Shown: positions 30,001 to 39,727, counted from the stretch's first letter. The stretch is 64,000 bases of DNA from Thermoplasmata archaeon (GCA_003552585.1 PUNK01000015.1:12513-76512), one strand, 5' to 3'. Notes: generated by a model from the letters alone, not told the origin. Program-made: numbers and translations.

Positions 30001-30211
30001 TTACACGAGTCAGTACGTGGCCGATGTGTGGTAGTCCGTTGGCGGTTGGAGGACCTTCTGTGAAGCCGAACTTTTTATCCCGTTCTCTACTCCGTGTTTT
30101 AGAGAGGATGTTGTTTTTCTCCCAGAACCGTCTCACTTCTTTTTCCAACTCTTGTAAGCTCGTATCCGTGTCGATGGATTGGAACATTTCTTCATCTTCT
30201 CTGGCCATCAA
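27095..30211 (-). CDS. ileS: Isoleucyl-tRNA synthetase
   Basis: HIGH motif PPTANGLPHIGHVLTRVIKD, KMSKSKGN, editing domain, zinc-binding cysteines. 1038 aa. Confidence 0.95.
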   Translation of the reverse strand: MMAREDEEMFQSIDTDTSLQELEKEVRRFWEKNNILSKTRSRERDKKFGFTEGPPTANGLPHIGHVLTRVIKDIYLRYKTMDGYQIVPNIAGWDTHGLPVEIEVEKELGIDSKEEILEFGLEKFNELCKESVFKYEKEWREMSERIGFWIDYDNAYITMEDDYIESVWWSLKEIWEAGLLEEGHKVVPYCPRCGTPLSSHEVAQGYEQVRDPSIYVRFKLKDEDAYLLAWTTTPWTLISNQLLVVGKDIDYVLVQHEDERYYLAEALLDEIFEDADIVQRLKGKELIGSEYEPMFDYVTSKSKSHYITHADFVSLDEGTGIVHIAPAFGLEDHELCQAEGVDLVNPVDESGKFKKVVPDYAGKFVKEADGQIMTDLYERGDLVKRESVKHTYPFCWRCDSPLLYYALESWFIRTSKEKNRLIENNDRVRWKPEHLKHGRFGNFLEDLKDWSLSRNRFWGTPLPIWTCQNGHEHCVGSKKELEEMATAPLEDDFELHRPWVDRVKLSCPECDEIMTRVEYVIDCWYDSGSAPFAQFHYPFEGEDDFQESFPIDFITEALDQTRGWFYSLLAISSLLFDEPAYLSCLTLGLVLDEDGEKMSKSKGNAVDPMEAIENVGADAIRLYFLSMPVWKSSRFSEELAKEKINKTINTLINISSFFVNNANIDGFIPNEYEPTDELDLWLLSKKNTLVNEVRKELDDLNVHKATQAIEGFVQDVSNWYLRLSRRRFWEGEGEDKNSAYNTLFDTLKTLLKSMAPFTPFLAERLYRKIVLPVENGAESIHLLDYPVSNLEEVDEELEDYMDTVIRVAELGRNARQRSGIKLRQPLNKAIVVTQSKHERKAVNIYRKLLGNELNVKKIKITDPSGAPTSTEIEPDLSSLGPKFKGQANKVASLIKKADVEWLVSSLKEGDVNLEGYTIAKEDVNIKESVDDSFTLSKDDGLEVYIDTIIDEELEIEGITRDVVRRIQTMRKELDLGYTQRIKTNYVGDPRIEEAVSEMESYILKETLSDSIVNEEGYGYHKDWQIDGRELKLWVDPVE

Positions 30212-30320
30212 AATCCCTCAAAAAACCATAAAACTGGGCGTGTGATAGTTTCATATCCGAATAATAATTATCTTTGTTATTATTGCCCAGTTCATAATCT
30301 GACCAAATCGAATAATCTAT

Positions 30321-31130
30321 TTAAAACTTATCGTGAGTACTATCGATCATGCATATCTCTTCCGGGGCATCGGCTATCTTCATAAGAGATTCGATCTCCA
30401 TGAAATGTAAGTCTCCAAATACGACCATGCATTGAAGTCCTCCTCCAAAGTCGTGTTCGAGAATATATTCTGGGTAACCAGCTTTTAAACTAGGATTATT
30501 AGAACCAACACGGGCTAGACCTGCCAAGACTGTATCACCAGTAATAGTTTTTTTATTATGGTTTTCTTCAAGTTCCAGCAACACTTCGATACCCTCGTTC
30601 ACAGTCATATATCTATTTCCTGCACCATCGATATCCAATAGTACTAAAGAGTGGAATCCATTGCGCTTGTTTGTTGTTATATTGTCATAAGGACTGCGGG
30701 GATAACTCTCTCTAGGAAAGGGCATAGTCACTGTTTTTCCAAATTTGTAGTGCTGAACACCAAGGGCAGAAGGTGCGGCAGAAAATATAGAAGAGGAATG
30801 CACGAGCCTAGTGGATAGCCCTCTGTCTTGTGCCCTCAATCGCAAATCAACATGGGTTGTAGCAGCCATAGGATCACCGGCAGTTAAAAATACAGTTCTG
30901 CCCTTAGATGCAGCTTCTAAAGGGATTGCCTTTGATTCAACTTCCTCTCGGGACAGCATACGGATATCTATTCCGAGTTCTTTTTTTATGGTTTCTAAAT
31001 CTGCTCCAGCTAGTTGACTGGTATAGAATTCACAAAAAACATAATCCGCACTTTTGACCAACTCTTTACCCTTAACACTTATGTCTTTCTCATCATATAG
31101 GCCTAGACCGATGAATATTAATTCTCCCAT
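30321..31130 (-). CDS. dph5: Diphthine synthase (tetrapyrrole-methylase fold)
   Basis: MGELIFIGLGLYDEKDISVKGKELVKSADYVFCEFYTSQL matches the archaeal Dph5 N-terminus. 269 aa. Confidence 0.82.
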   Translation of the reverse strand: MGELIFIGLGLYDEKDISVKGKELVKSADYVFCEFYTSQLAGADLETIKKELGIDIRMLSREEVESKAIPLEAASKGRTVFLTAGDPMAATTHVDLRLRAQDRGLSTRLVHSSSIFSAAPSALGVQHYKFGKTVTMPFPRESYPRSPYDNITTNKRNGFHSLVLLDIDGAGNRYMTVNEGIEVLLELEENHNKKTITGDTVLAGLARVGSNNPSLKAGYPEYILEHDFGGGLQCMVVFGDLHFMEIESLMKIADAPEEICMIDSTHDKF

Positions 31131-31148
31131 GTTATTGACTCCTTCAAG

Positions 31149-32129
31149 ATGCTCTGCGTTAAAGTTCCTAAAAGTGAAGGAGAAAAGGTTAGACTAAAAC
31201 TTTTGCACCATTCTTTACTTTCCCTAAATTATAAAATCGAGTCTGAAGGAGATACACTTTTCATCCCAGTTACACGTGACCCAGGAAATCTAATAAAATA
31301 CCCCCTTGTCCAGCGAGAAGTTGAAGAACTTAAAACTGATACACTACCCGAAGAGTTAGAGAAATTGATCCCATCCAGCTATGATATAGTCGGAGATATA
31401 GCTTTAGTAAAAGTACCCGACCAGTGGGCATCTTGCAAAGAAGACCTGGGGAAGGCCATACTTATGCGCCACAAAAATGTGAATACAGTTCTGGAGGATA
31501 CAGGAGTACATGGGGAGTTTAGAATTAGGGAGGTTAAGTACATGGCAGGCGAAAGAAAAACTAGTACGGTGCATCGAGAGTATGGAATCGAGATTGAGGT
31601 GGATCTTGGTGAGGTCTACTTTTCACCACGATTAGCGACAGAAAGGTGGACTGTTACCCAGAAGGTGAAAACAGGAGAAAAAGTTATGGATATGTTTTCA
31701 GGTGTTGGGCCATATACTCTTCTTATTGCCAAAAATAAAAAAATCGATATCATCCATGCAGTGGATATCAACCCAAAGGCAGTAGAATTTTTAAAAAGGA
31801 ACGTTCAGAGGAATGGTGTGGAGGCTTTAGTAAAAATTTGGCAAGGGGATTCTCGAAAAATTTGTGAGAAGGTGAAAGTAGACAGGGTTATAATGAATCT
31901 GCCTCATTCTGCAAAAGACTTTTTAAATCACGCCTTTAAAGTATTAAATAAAAAGGGGGCTATACACTATTACGAGATTCTTTCTCCTGACGACATATCG
32001 AAGAGAGAAAAACAGTTAATTGAAGATATTAAGAAAAAGGGACGCAATGCCCGTATTGTAGAGAAAAGAGAGGTTCGAACCTATTCTGCTGAAGAAGTGC
32101 AAATCGCTTTTGATATAATTATCGAGTGA
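31149..32129 (+). CDS. Second Trm5/Taw2-family tRNA methyltransferase (paralog of 11484-12524)
   Basis: VMDMFSGVGPYTLLIAKN..AVDINPKAVEFLKRNVQRNGV is the same SAM-MTase core as the other copy. Confidence 0.68.
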   Translation: MLCVKVPKSEGEKVRLKLLHHSLLSLNYKIESEGDTLFIPVTRDPGNLIKYPLVQREVEELKTDTLPEELEKLIPSSYDIVGDIALVKVPDQWASCKEDLGKAILMRHKNVNTVLEDTGVHGEFRIREVKYMAGERKTSTVHREYGIEIEVDLGEVYFSPRLATERWTVTQKVKTGEKVMDMFSGVGPYTLLIAKNKKIDIIHAVDINPKAVEFLKRNVQRNGVEALVKIWQGDSRKICEKVKVDRVIMNLPHSAKDFLNHAFKVLNKKGAIHYYEILSPDDISKREKQLIEDIKKKGRNARIVEKREVRTYSAEEVQIAFDIIIE

Positions 32130-32130
32130 A

Positions 32131-32403
32131 TCACTTTTCAGCTAAAAGGATTGTCCTTCCTCTTACCTCAATTAGTCTTACATCGCTTTTATCACTTAAT
32201 TCTGAAGCTATTACTTCAACATCCTGTTCAGGGCAATTTCGAAGGATCTTGATTTTCACGATCCCTTCATTCTCTATGTTTCTATTTATCTCTTCGATTA
32301 TACCTTTAGTTATTCCATTCTTCCCGATCCTTACCCTTGACTCCAATGATTGACCTAATTTTTTGATTTTTTCGCTTTTCATCTTATTTATCTCCATAGC
32401 CAA
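32131..32403 (-). CDS. CRS1/YhbY (CRM domain) RNA-binding protein
   Basis: KKLGQSLESRVRIGKNGITKGIIEEINRNIENEGIVKIKIL matches the YhbY consensus. Confidence 0.7.
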   Translation of the reverse strand: MAMEINKMKSEKIKKLGQSLESRVRIGKNGITKGIIEEINRNIENEGIVKIKILRNCPEQDVEVIASELSDKSDVRLIEVRGRTILLAEK

Positions 32404-32686
32404 ATCGATTTATATATTTACAGTTGTTACAGAGGGTTACGAGATGACCTTTCTTTAATCTCACCCTGCAGGTGACTCCAGGATAGAGATAAGAGTAGCA
32501 CCTTTTACATACACGTCTTCTTTGCCAGGACTTGAGAGTCACATTATTTTTCATCCCCGTACGTCTTGCTAACTTAACATATCGATCAGCTAGTTCTAAC
32601 TCTCCCTGTAAGACAGCCTTCTCCGCCTCATTGAACAACTTATCGATCCGTTTTTCAGCGAGTTTTTTGTGCTCTCTTCTAGCCAT
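32384..32686 (-). CDS. rnp4: RNase P protein component 4 (Rpp21/Rpr2)
   Basis: ADRYVKLARRTGMKNNVTL...CKRCYSYLYPGVTCRVRL...TLCNNCKY is the Rpr2 zinc ribbon. Confidence 0.78.
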   Translation of the reverse strand: MARREHKKLAEKRIDKLFNEAEKAVLQGELELADRYVKLARRTGMKNNVTLKSWQRRRVCKRCYSYLYPGVTCRVRLKKGHLVTLCNNCKYINRFGYGDK

Positions 32687-32888
32687 TCAATTATGGTGTA
32701 AGGAAGGCTGATATATATCTTTTTGACTTGTAGATGTCAATATGATTAAATTAACTTGCTTTTTATGTTTAATAGACTCTATTTTTAAAAATCGTTTTTC
32801 ATTTCTTTTAATGCCTTCTTTAATCAACAAAAGTAACAACTAGACTTTACTTATTAATAGCAAATAATATGTAGGAAAGGCCCTTATT

Positions 32889-32981
32889 GATGCGAAATAC
32901 TTAAATATGATCGCCAAACCTACTTCCTCGGAATCAGTTGGAATTGGATTAGATAGGTTTAAAAATTTGATATTTCGCATC
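32889..32981. repeat. 11-bp perfect inverted repeat (GATGCGAAATA / TATTTCGCATC) with a 71-nt spacer that contains the palindrome TTCCTCGGAA (32924-32933). It lies in the 400-bp AT-rich intergenic region upstream of dnaG.
   Basis: Seen directly: left arm 32889-32899, right arm 32971-32981. Confidence 0.5.
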
Positions 32982-33085
32982 TGACCTCATTACCCTCACA
33001 ATCAATCAATAAGCATGTTCAGAGGAATAATAATCCCTCTAAGTCTACCAATCGGTAGGATTCCAACTGTTTTCAATATTAAAAG

Positions 33086-34312
33086 GTGTTTAAAATGGAT
33101 ATAGATCCTAGCACAACAAAATATGTAATTCATACATCAATGAAAGCTGACGGGGTCGTGGAAAAGCCCGATGTCGTGGGAGCTATCTTTGGTCAAACTG
33201 AAGGATTATTAGGTGATGAACTTGATCTGCGTGACCTCCAAAAAAGTGGAAGGATGGGGCGCATAGAAGTGGAAGTTAGTTCGTCAAAAGGCAAGTCTTC
33301 AGGATCCATAATATTACCTTCCAGTCTTGATCTGGTAGAAACTTCGATACTGGCAGCTGCACTTGAAACCATAGATAGAATAGGCCCCTGTCGAGCTCAG
33401 GTTACTGTTGATGAGATCAGGGATGTCAGAGAATCTAAAAGAAGGAAGATCGTTGAACGTGCTAAAGAATTGCTCACAGATGTCATGGAAAAGGGCGACT
33501 TACCTTTGGGCAATATATCTGAAGTGGTACGTTCAGAGGTCCAGATGAAAGAAATAACTGACTTCGGTGACGAAAAATTGCCTGCAGGACCAAACGCTCA
33601 GGAGTCCGATGCAATAATCGTTGTCGAAGGGCGATCAGACGTTCTTAATCTTTTAAAATATGGCATTAAAAACTCGATCGCAGTAGAGGGAACAAATATA
33701 CCCGAAAGCATTAAGAAACTTTCATCTGAAAGAGTCACCACCGCCTTTGTAGATGGTGATAGAGGTGGTGCACTTATCCTAAAAGAACTCCTTGAAACTG
33801 CTGAAGTTGACTATGTAGCACAAGCACCTGAAAATACTGAGGTCGAGGAACTAACACAGAAACAGATAATAAAAGCACTGCGTAGTAAGATACCCATAGA
33901 CCAGTACATAGAGATGTACGAGATAGACACTGGAAAAAAGGAAGAGCAAAGGAAAAGTGACTGGAAGAGAAAGGCCAAACGAGAAAAAAAAACGGAAATA
34001 AAGGAGAAAGAAATTGAACAAAAAAGTAAGTCCGAGAATCTGAAATCGCTCCTACATGATATAAAAGGAGACAAAAAAGCACTTCTCTTAGATTCTGATG
34101 ACCAAAGAAAAGACGAGGTGGCTACGAGAGAATTGGCGGATAGGTTGAAAAAAGGTGACGGAATAGAAACAGTGGTGTTCGATGGAATAATAACTCAGAG
34201 ACTGGTAGATATAGCAAGTAATGCAGGAATAAAAACCCTTGTTGCACGTAGAATCGGTAATATACCAAAACTCCCAACATCCTTGGAGCTTCTTTCTTTA
34301 GAAGAACTCTAA
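33086..34312 (+). CDS. dnaG: Archaeal DnaG-type (Toprim) primase with a Lys/Glu-rich insertion near the C-terminus
   Basis: N-terminal VIHTSMKADGVVEKPDVVGAIFGQTEGLLG and Toprim IIVVEGRSDVLNLLKYGIKNSIAVEGTN...FVDGDRGG. Confidence 0.82.
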   Translation: MFKMDIDPSTTKYVIHTSMKADGVVEKPDVVGAIFGQTEGLLGDELDLRDLQKSGRMGRIEVEVSSSKGKSSGSIILPSSLDLVETSILAAALETIDRIGPCRAQVTVDEIRDVRESKRRKIVERAKELLTDVMEKGDLPLGNISEVVRSEVQMKEITDFGDEKLPAGPNAQESDAIIVVEGRSDVLNLLKYGIKNSIAVEGTNIPESIKKLSSERVTTAFVDGDRGGALILKELLETAEVDYVAQAPENTEVEELTQKQIIKALRSKIPIDQYIEMYEIDTGKKEEQRKSDWKRKAKREKKTEIKEKEIEQKSKSENLKSLLHDIKGDKKALLLDSDDQRKDEVATRELADRLKKGDGIETVVFDGIITQRLVDIASNAGIKTLVARRIGNIPKLPTSLELLSLEEL

Positions 34313-34356
34313 GGAACATCTAAACCCCTTTTCTTTTTCAAGAACTTTTTTATACC

Positions 34357-36990
34357 ATGTCCAATGCTACATTGACGGTAAACATGGCCAAATATGTATA
34401 TTCTTTCGATGAAGGAAACAAAGAAATGAAAGAACTTCTCGGAGGAAAAGGAGCAAATCTAGCACAGATGACTTCCATAGGGCTCGAAGTACCTCCTGGG
34501 TTCACAGTGACCACTGAAGCCTGCCTAAAATATCTTGAAAAAGGTGAATTGCCAGGAGAGATAGAAGAGCAGATGAGAGAAAAGATGAAGGTTTTAGAAA
34601 AAAAATTGGATAAGAAATTCGGGGATCCTGATGATCCATTGTTAATATCCGTAAGGTCCGGTGCGGCTGTATCCATGCCCGGTATGATGGATACGATACT
34701 AAACCTTGGTCTAAATGATGAAACATTGCAGGGGTTGAAAAAACAAACAGATGAAAGATTTGCTTATGACAGTTATAGAAGATTTTTAAACATGTTTGGA
34801 GAAGTTGTAAGAGAAATACCCCATGCTAAATTCGAATCCTTGATGAATGAAGTAAAAGAAAAAGAGGGGGTCAACAAGGATGTGGATTTGGATGCGAAGG
34901 CTATGAAGGAAGTGTGCAGGAAATATAAAGAGCTTGTAGGAGATGTGCCCCATGACCCGTGGAAACAATTACTTGAAGCGGTCAGGGCGGTCTTTGGATC
35001 ATGGAATAATAAAAGGGCAAAAAAATACAGGGAGATAAACAATCTGCCCCATGACATGGGCACTGCAGTTAACGTTCAAGCGATGGTTTTCGGAAATATG
35101 GGAGAAGATTGTGGAAGTGGTGTAGCTTTTACTCGTAACCCAGCCACTGGTGAAAAAGACATCTACGGAGAGTTTTTGATAAACGCTCAAGGGGAGGATG
35201 TAGTAGCCGGGATAAGAACGCCCCTCCATATAGATGATCTAAAGGAGAAAATGCCTGAGATATATTCCCAATTGAACTATGTATGTAAAATTTTAGAGAA
35301 GGAGTACAACGAAATGCAGGACCTAGAGTTCACCATCGAGAAAGGCAAATTATACATTCTCCAAACTAGAGATGGAAAAAGAACTCCTATGGCTGCTGTA
35401 AAGATAGCACATGACATGGCAAAGGAAGATCTAATAACAAAAGAAAATGCTATCATGAGAATAACAGGAGAACAAATTGAAAAACTACTTCATAAAGGGA
35501 TAGATCCGGAAGCGGATGTAGAAAAGATCACGAAAGGATTGAACGCTTCACCAGGTGCAGCTAGTGGAAAGGTCGTTTTTGATACAGATGAAGCTGCTGA
35601 AAGGGGAGAGAAAGGCGAAAGCATAATCTTGGTACGACCAGAGACAACACCTGAAGATATACACGGTCTAGCTGCTGCAAAGGGGGTGCTTACTAGTAGA
35701 GGAGGGATGACATCCCATGCAGCGGTAGTTGCTCGAGGGATGGGACAGCCTTGTGTAGCCGGTGCTGAGGAGATATCAATATATATGGAAAAAGGGTGCT
35801 TTAAAGTGGGGAACCATACTGTGATGAAAGATGATATCCTAACCATAGATGGCACAACTGGAAATGTAATACTAGGTGAAGCTCCCCTTACAGAACCCGA
35901 ATTCAGTTTGGAGTTTCAAGAACTCCTTATGTGGTCTGACGAGATAAGAGACATGGGTGTGAGAGCTAATGCAGATACACCTAAGGATGCAAAAAAGGCA
36001 CTCGAGTTCGGTGCAGAGGGGATTGGATTATGTCGAACTGAGCACATGTTCTTTGAACCGGAAAGATTAGAAGTTGTACATGAAATGATTATAGCCGATG
36101 ATGAATACGAGAGAAAAGATGTTTTGGAAAGGATAATTCCATTACAACGACAAGATTTTTTTGATTTATTTAAAGTGATGGACGGAAAACCTATAGTTAT
36201 ACGTCTTTTGGATCCACCACTGCACGAGTTTGCTCCTACTGAAGAGGAAAGCCAGAAGAAACTAGCTCAAAGACTTGATCTTTCTTTAGACACTATAAAG
36301 AAAAAAGTTAACAAACTGAAAGAAGCAAATCCTATGCTTGGACACAGAGGATGTAGACTCGGAATAGTTTACCCTGAAATATACAGAATGCAGGTAAAAG
36401 CGATATTAGAAGCCGCGATAGATGCTGCTGAAGAGGGGGTAGACATCAAACCTCGTATAATGGTTCCTCTTATAGGGCATGTCAAAGAGCTTCAGACTGT
36501 TAAAAAGAAGATAATCGAACCTGTAAAAGATGAAGTTTTCTCTAGAAGGGGGACTGAAATATCCTTTAAAGTCGGAACGATGATCGAGATACCGCGTGCA
36601 GCCATAACTGCAGATGAAATAGCAAAAGAAGCTGAATTTTTCTCCTTTGGAACAAATGATCTAACTCAGATGACGTTTGGTTTCAGTCGGGATGATGTAG
36701 GGAGCTTCGTTCCAAGCTATCTAGAGATGGGCATTCTCAAGGATGATCCATTCCATACATTGGATAGTAAAGGAGTAGGAAAATTGGTTGAAATGGCCAC
36801 CCAAAAAGGGAAAACTAGTAATCCAGGTCTAAGTATTGGAATATGTGGTGAGCATGGTGGAGAACCAAACTCGGTAAAATTTTCGTATCGAGCAGGTGTG
36901 GATTATACAAGCTGTTCTCCTTTCAGGATTCCTATAGCAAGAATAGCTGCTGCACAAGCAAAGATTGAAGATAATCAGGATTCTAGTTAA
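34357..36990 (+). CDS. ppdK: Pyruvate, phosphate dikinase
   Basis: KELLGGKGANLAQMTSIGLEVPPGFTVTTEAC, phosphohistidine GGMTSHAAVVARGMGQPCVAG, PEP-utilising C-terminal TIM barrel. 877 aa. Confidence 0.9.
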   Translation: MSNATLTVNMAKYVYSFDEGNKEMKELLGGKGANLAQMTSIGLEVPPGFTVTTEACLKYLEKGELPGEIEEQMREKMKVLEKKLDKKFGDPDDPLLISVRSGAAVSMPGMMDTILNLGLNDETLQGLKKQTDERFAYDSYRRFLNMFGEVVREIPHAKFESLMNEVKEKEGVNKDVDLDAKAMKEVCRKYKELVGDVPHDPWKQLLEAVRAVFGSWNNKRAKKYREINNLPHDMGTAVNVQAMVFGNMGEDCGSGVAFTRNPATGEKDIYGEFLINAQGEDVVAGIRTPLHIDDLKEKMPEIYSQLNYVCKILEKEYNEMQDLEFTIEKGKLYILQTRDGKRTPMAAVKIAHDMAKEDLITKENAIMRITGEQIEKLLHKGIDPEADVEKITKGLNASPGAASGKVVFDTDEAAERGEKGESIILVRPETTPEDIHGLAAAKGVLTSRGGMTSHAAVVARGMGQPCVAGAEEISIYMEKGCFKVGNHTVMKDDILTIDGTTGNVILGEAPLTEPEFSLEFQELLMWSDEIRDMGVRANADTPKDAKKALEFGAEGIGLCRTEHMFFEPERLEVVHEMIIADDEYERKDVLERIIPLQRQDFFDLFKVMDGKPIVIRLLDPPLHEFAPTEEESQKKLAQRLDLSLDTIKKKVNKLKEANPMLGHRGCRLGIVYPEIYRMQVKAILEAAIDAAEEGVDIKPRIMVPLIGHVKELQTVKKKIIEPVKDEVFSRRGTEISFKVGTMIEIPRAAITADEIAKEAEFFSFGTNDLTQMTFGFSRDDVGSFVPSYLEMGILKDDPFHTLDSKGVGKLVEMATQKGKTSNPGLSIGICGEHGGEPNSVKFSYRAGVDYTSCSPFRIPIARIAAAQAKIEDNQDSS

Positions 36991-37062
36991 CACTTATCGA
37001 ACGTACTATTAGGATTTTGAGAAATTGTAAAGGCTGTGAACTATTATTTGGAATAGAGCAAA

Positions 37063-38547
37063 TCATGAGAAACCTTGTTTTTCCATCTCTTGATTCACAG
37101 CATTAAGAAACCTTTCGGTACTCTTTGGAGGGGGATCTATCAAGCTAAGGCCAACGAATATCGATAATGTCACTAAAAAGCCCAATATGGAAGGCCACCA
37201 AGTGACCTCACCTAGATGAATAAATGCAGTGATGTATAGTGATCCGGTAGTAAACCCACCCACAAGCATCGACCATAGAGCACCCTTCGCTGAACCATTT
37301 TTCCAGAAAAAAGTACCGATCAAAGAGGGGGCCGTGACAAGTAGTCCACCAGAAGACATCGCTGACAATATAGCAATCAGGTCAAATCTGAAAAAGGAGA
37401 AAATAACACATAAAATTATCAAAACTAATATGGTCGCTTTTCCTAAAAATACCTCACTCTTTTCAGAAATGTTTTTCTTGACAACTTTGCCTACATCTCT
37501 TGTAACCATCGAACTAAGTGTCAATGCAATAGAACTGAGTGTAGAGGCTGCTGCTGCAAAAATACCTAGAAATATTATCAATGAAAGTACTGTAGGTACC
37601 CTTACTAACAATGCAGGCATAGCACCATCAGGGTCAGTCAAGCCAGGAACTACGTTGGCCGCAGAAAATCCAAGGAGAGTGGTTATTATAGTATAGATGA
37701 AACCGAAGATGGCAAAATAAATGATCATCTTTTTTAAACTGACAATATTTTTGGATACAAACATACGTTGAGATACCTGAGGATTTGTAAGTGCAAAAAA
37801 AGCCCAAGGGAATGTGAGACCTATGAATACCCTAATATCCCAGGTCATCTTTAGTAGTTCTGGAGTTCGATTTTCTACAGTACTAAAAAAGCTGATGGGC
37901 CCGCCAAAAAAAACGTAGATGATGTAAAATAGAAGTATGATGGCTGAAAAGAGCATGGTCATAGCTTGAAAAGCGTCCGTCCAAGACACAGATTTCATCC
38001 CTGCCCATACCGCAACAAAACCACTGAAAACAGCCATTGTAATAACCCCTGAATAATAAGGTAGGGCTCCACCAGTTAATCCGCTGAAAAGAAAACCTAT
38101 TCCCATCATCTGGATAGAGGTATAAGGGACAAGCATCACAAGACAAACCAAAGCCATCACCGTCCCCACTCTTGGATCATCATAACGATCACTTAACATC
38201 TCTGAAGGTGTTAAATAATTGAACCTTTGACCAGCACACCAAAAACGAGGGGCAAAAAGGACAAGTAAAATAACAGTGAAAATAAGATAAGTCATCTCAA
38301 ATCCATAAGCCCCAACACCTGTAGCATAAACAAGACCTACTAAGCCTATCATCATAAATGCACTAAATGTTGTTGCACTGTAAGTCATGGCGGAAATGAA
38401 GCCTCCAAGCGTTCTATTGGCCAAGTAAAAATCTTCAAGAGTGATGCCTACATATCTTCGAGCATGATGGGATATCAATACGCCAACAATTATCCATAGT
38501 ACGAGAGCCATTATGATATGAAAAGGAGTCATCAGGATGCACCCCAC
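37063..38547 (-). CDS. Sodium:solute symporter family (SSF) transporter
   Basis: 13 TM helices with SSF-like spacing. Overlaps the start of the small partner gene by 16 nt. Confidence 0.7.
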   Translation of the reverse strand: MGCILMTPFHIIMALVLWIIVGVLISHHARRYVGITLEDFYLANRTLGGFISAMTYSATTFSAFMMIGLVGLVYATGVGAYGFEMTYLIFTVILLVLFAPRFWCAGQRFNYLTPSEMLSDRYDDPRVGTVMALVCLVMLVPYTSIQMMGIGFLFSGLTGGALPYYSGVITMAVFSGFVAVWAGMKSVSWTDAFQAMTMLFSAIILLFYIIYVFFGGPISFFSTVENRTPELLKMTWDIRVFIGLTFPWAFFALTNPQVSQRMFVSKNIVSLKKMIIYFAIFGFIYTIITTLLGFSAANVVPGLTDPDGAMPALLVRVPTVLSLIIFLGIFAAAASTLSSIALTLSSMVTRDVGKVVKKNISEKSEVFLGKATILVLIILCVIFSFFRFDLIAILSAMSSGGLLVTAPSLIGTFFWKNGSAKGALWSMLVGGFTTGSLYITAFIHLGEVTWWPSILGFLVTLSIFVGLSLIDPPPKSTERFLNAVNQEMEKQGFS

Positions 38548-38735
38548 TCTTTAAGTCTAAGATATCCCCATATCATTACAAGCAAGGTCAAAATCGTCCA
38601 GAAAAGGTAGTTAGCCCAATAAGCGGTCATATTTCGAAGTAAAAGGTATGGGAAGGAAAGGATAACAACTGTTAACAGAACCGCGAGCAGCCCGATTTGT
38701 TTGGGATTATCGTTGAACATAACGATGATAATCAA
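38532..38735 (-). CDS. Small 2-TM membrane protein (DUF997/YhdT-like symporter accessory subunit)
   Basis: 67 aa with two hydrophobic helices, translationally coupled upstream of the SSF transporter. Confidence 0.4.
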   Translation of the reverse strand: MIIIVMFNDNPKQIGLLAVLLTVVILSFPYLLLRNMTAYWANYLFWTILTLLVMIWGYLRLKEWGAS

Positions 38736-38812
38736 TCGTTTAAAAGTATAAATAATTCACGTTGCGATATGTTTAATTAGCTAAATTACAGTTTAATAAA
38801 GGGTATGATAAC

Positions 38813-39721
38813 ATGAAAGAATATGATATTATCGTTATCGGAGGAGGGCCAGCGGGATTATCTGCTGCGATTTATACCTCTAGAGCTGGCTTCTCTACAC
38901 TTATACTTGATGAAAGGGATAAGCTCCTAGAAAAGGTTAAGCATATCGAAAATTACTTTGGTTTTCCAGAGGGTATATCTGGTGCTGAACTGTTGGAGAG
39001 GGGCAAAAGACAGGCTGAGAGATTTGGTACGATTGTGAGTTATGAAAGAGCTCTTCTCGTAAAAATTTCAGAAGAAGATTACAAGATCGATACAGCTGAA
39101 GAAGAGTATCGTACAAAAGGACTTGTCATATCACCAGGTATACAACATCAAAAGCCTATGGTTGAAGGTATCGAAGAGTTTGAAGGAAAAGGAGTCAGCT
39201 ATTGTGTGACCTGTGATGCTCCCTTGTTCAGAGGGATGAAGGTCGGTCTGATAGGTTCTCAGGACCTAGTTATAAAAGAAGCTATTGAATTATATGAGTT
39301 TACAAAAGACATAATAATCTTTACCGATGGGCGTGACTTGGATGCATCACAGATACTAATAGAAAAGCTACAAGAACATAAAATAACGGTAAACAAAGAA
39401 AATATAGTAAAAGTTGTCGGAGGAAAGGAGTTAGAGGGATTAGAACTAGAATCAGGTGTTGAAAGGCTTGATGGTGTAATGGTGGCCGAAGGCACAAGCG
39501 GCTCGCTTGACTTTGCTCGAAGCTTAGGTATACCCGTAGAAGACGATGTATTAAAGGTCGATGAAAAACAATTTACAGGGTTGCCTAGAGTTTATGCTGC
39601 AGGAGACTGTACCGGAGGAGCAAGACAAATCAGTGCTGCTGTTGGCGAAGGAGCAAAGGCGGCTCTAGGATTGATCGAGGAGCTCAGAGGAGATGAATAT
39701 AAAGATTGGAAACATAGCTGA
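38813..39721 (+). CDS. trxB: Thioredoxin-disulfide reductase
   Basis: YDIIVIGGGPAGLSAAIY (FAD), redox-active CVTCD, NADPH-binding GLIGSQDL..., AAGDCTGG. Confidence 0.8.
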   Translation: MKEYDIIVIGGGPAGLSAAIYTSRAGFSTLILDERDKLLEKVKHIENYFGFPEGISGAELLERGKRQAERFGTIVSYERALLVKISEEDYKIDTAEEEYRTKGLVISPGIQHQKPMVEGIEEFEGKGVSYCVTCDAPLFRGMKVGLIGSQDLVIKEAIELYEFTKDIIIFTDGRDLDASQILIEKLQEHKITVNKENIVKVVGGKELEGLELESGVERLDGVMVAEGTSGSLDFARSLGIPVEDDVLKVDEKQFTGLPRVYAAGDCTGGARQISAAVGEGAKAALGLIEELRGDEYKDWKHS

Positions 39722-39727
39722 GATATT

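Noticed and set aside
32060-32075. GGTTCGAACC, resembling a tRNA T-arm.
   Set aside because: It lies inside the Trm5-paralog coding sequence (EVRTYSAEE) with no surrounding cloverleaf. No convincing tRNA was seen in any intergenic region.
33930-34110. Lys/Glu-rich low-complexity stretch in DnaG, considered as a tandem repeat or insertion element.
   Set aside because: It is a compositionally biased, in-frame protein segment (KKEEQRKSDWKRKAKREKK...). It is not a nucleotide tandem repeat and has no terminal repeats.
34502-35229. Several 60-110 aa antisense ORFs inside ppdK. Similar shadow ORFs occur inside mcm (40985-41851), ileS (28779-29000) and the 8719-9498 gene (8847-9437).
   Set aside because: They are shadow ORFs opposite long, well-supported genes. 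Low-complexity translations and no motifs.
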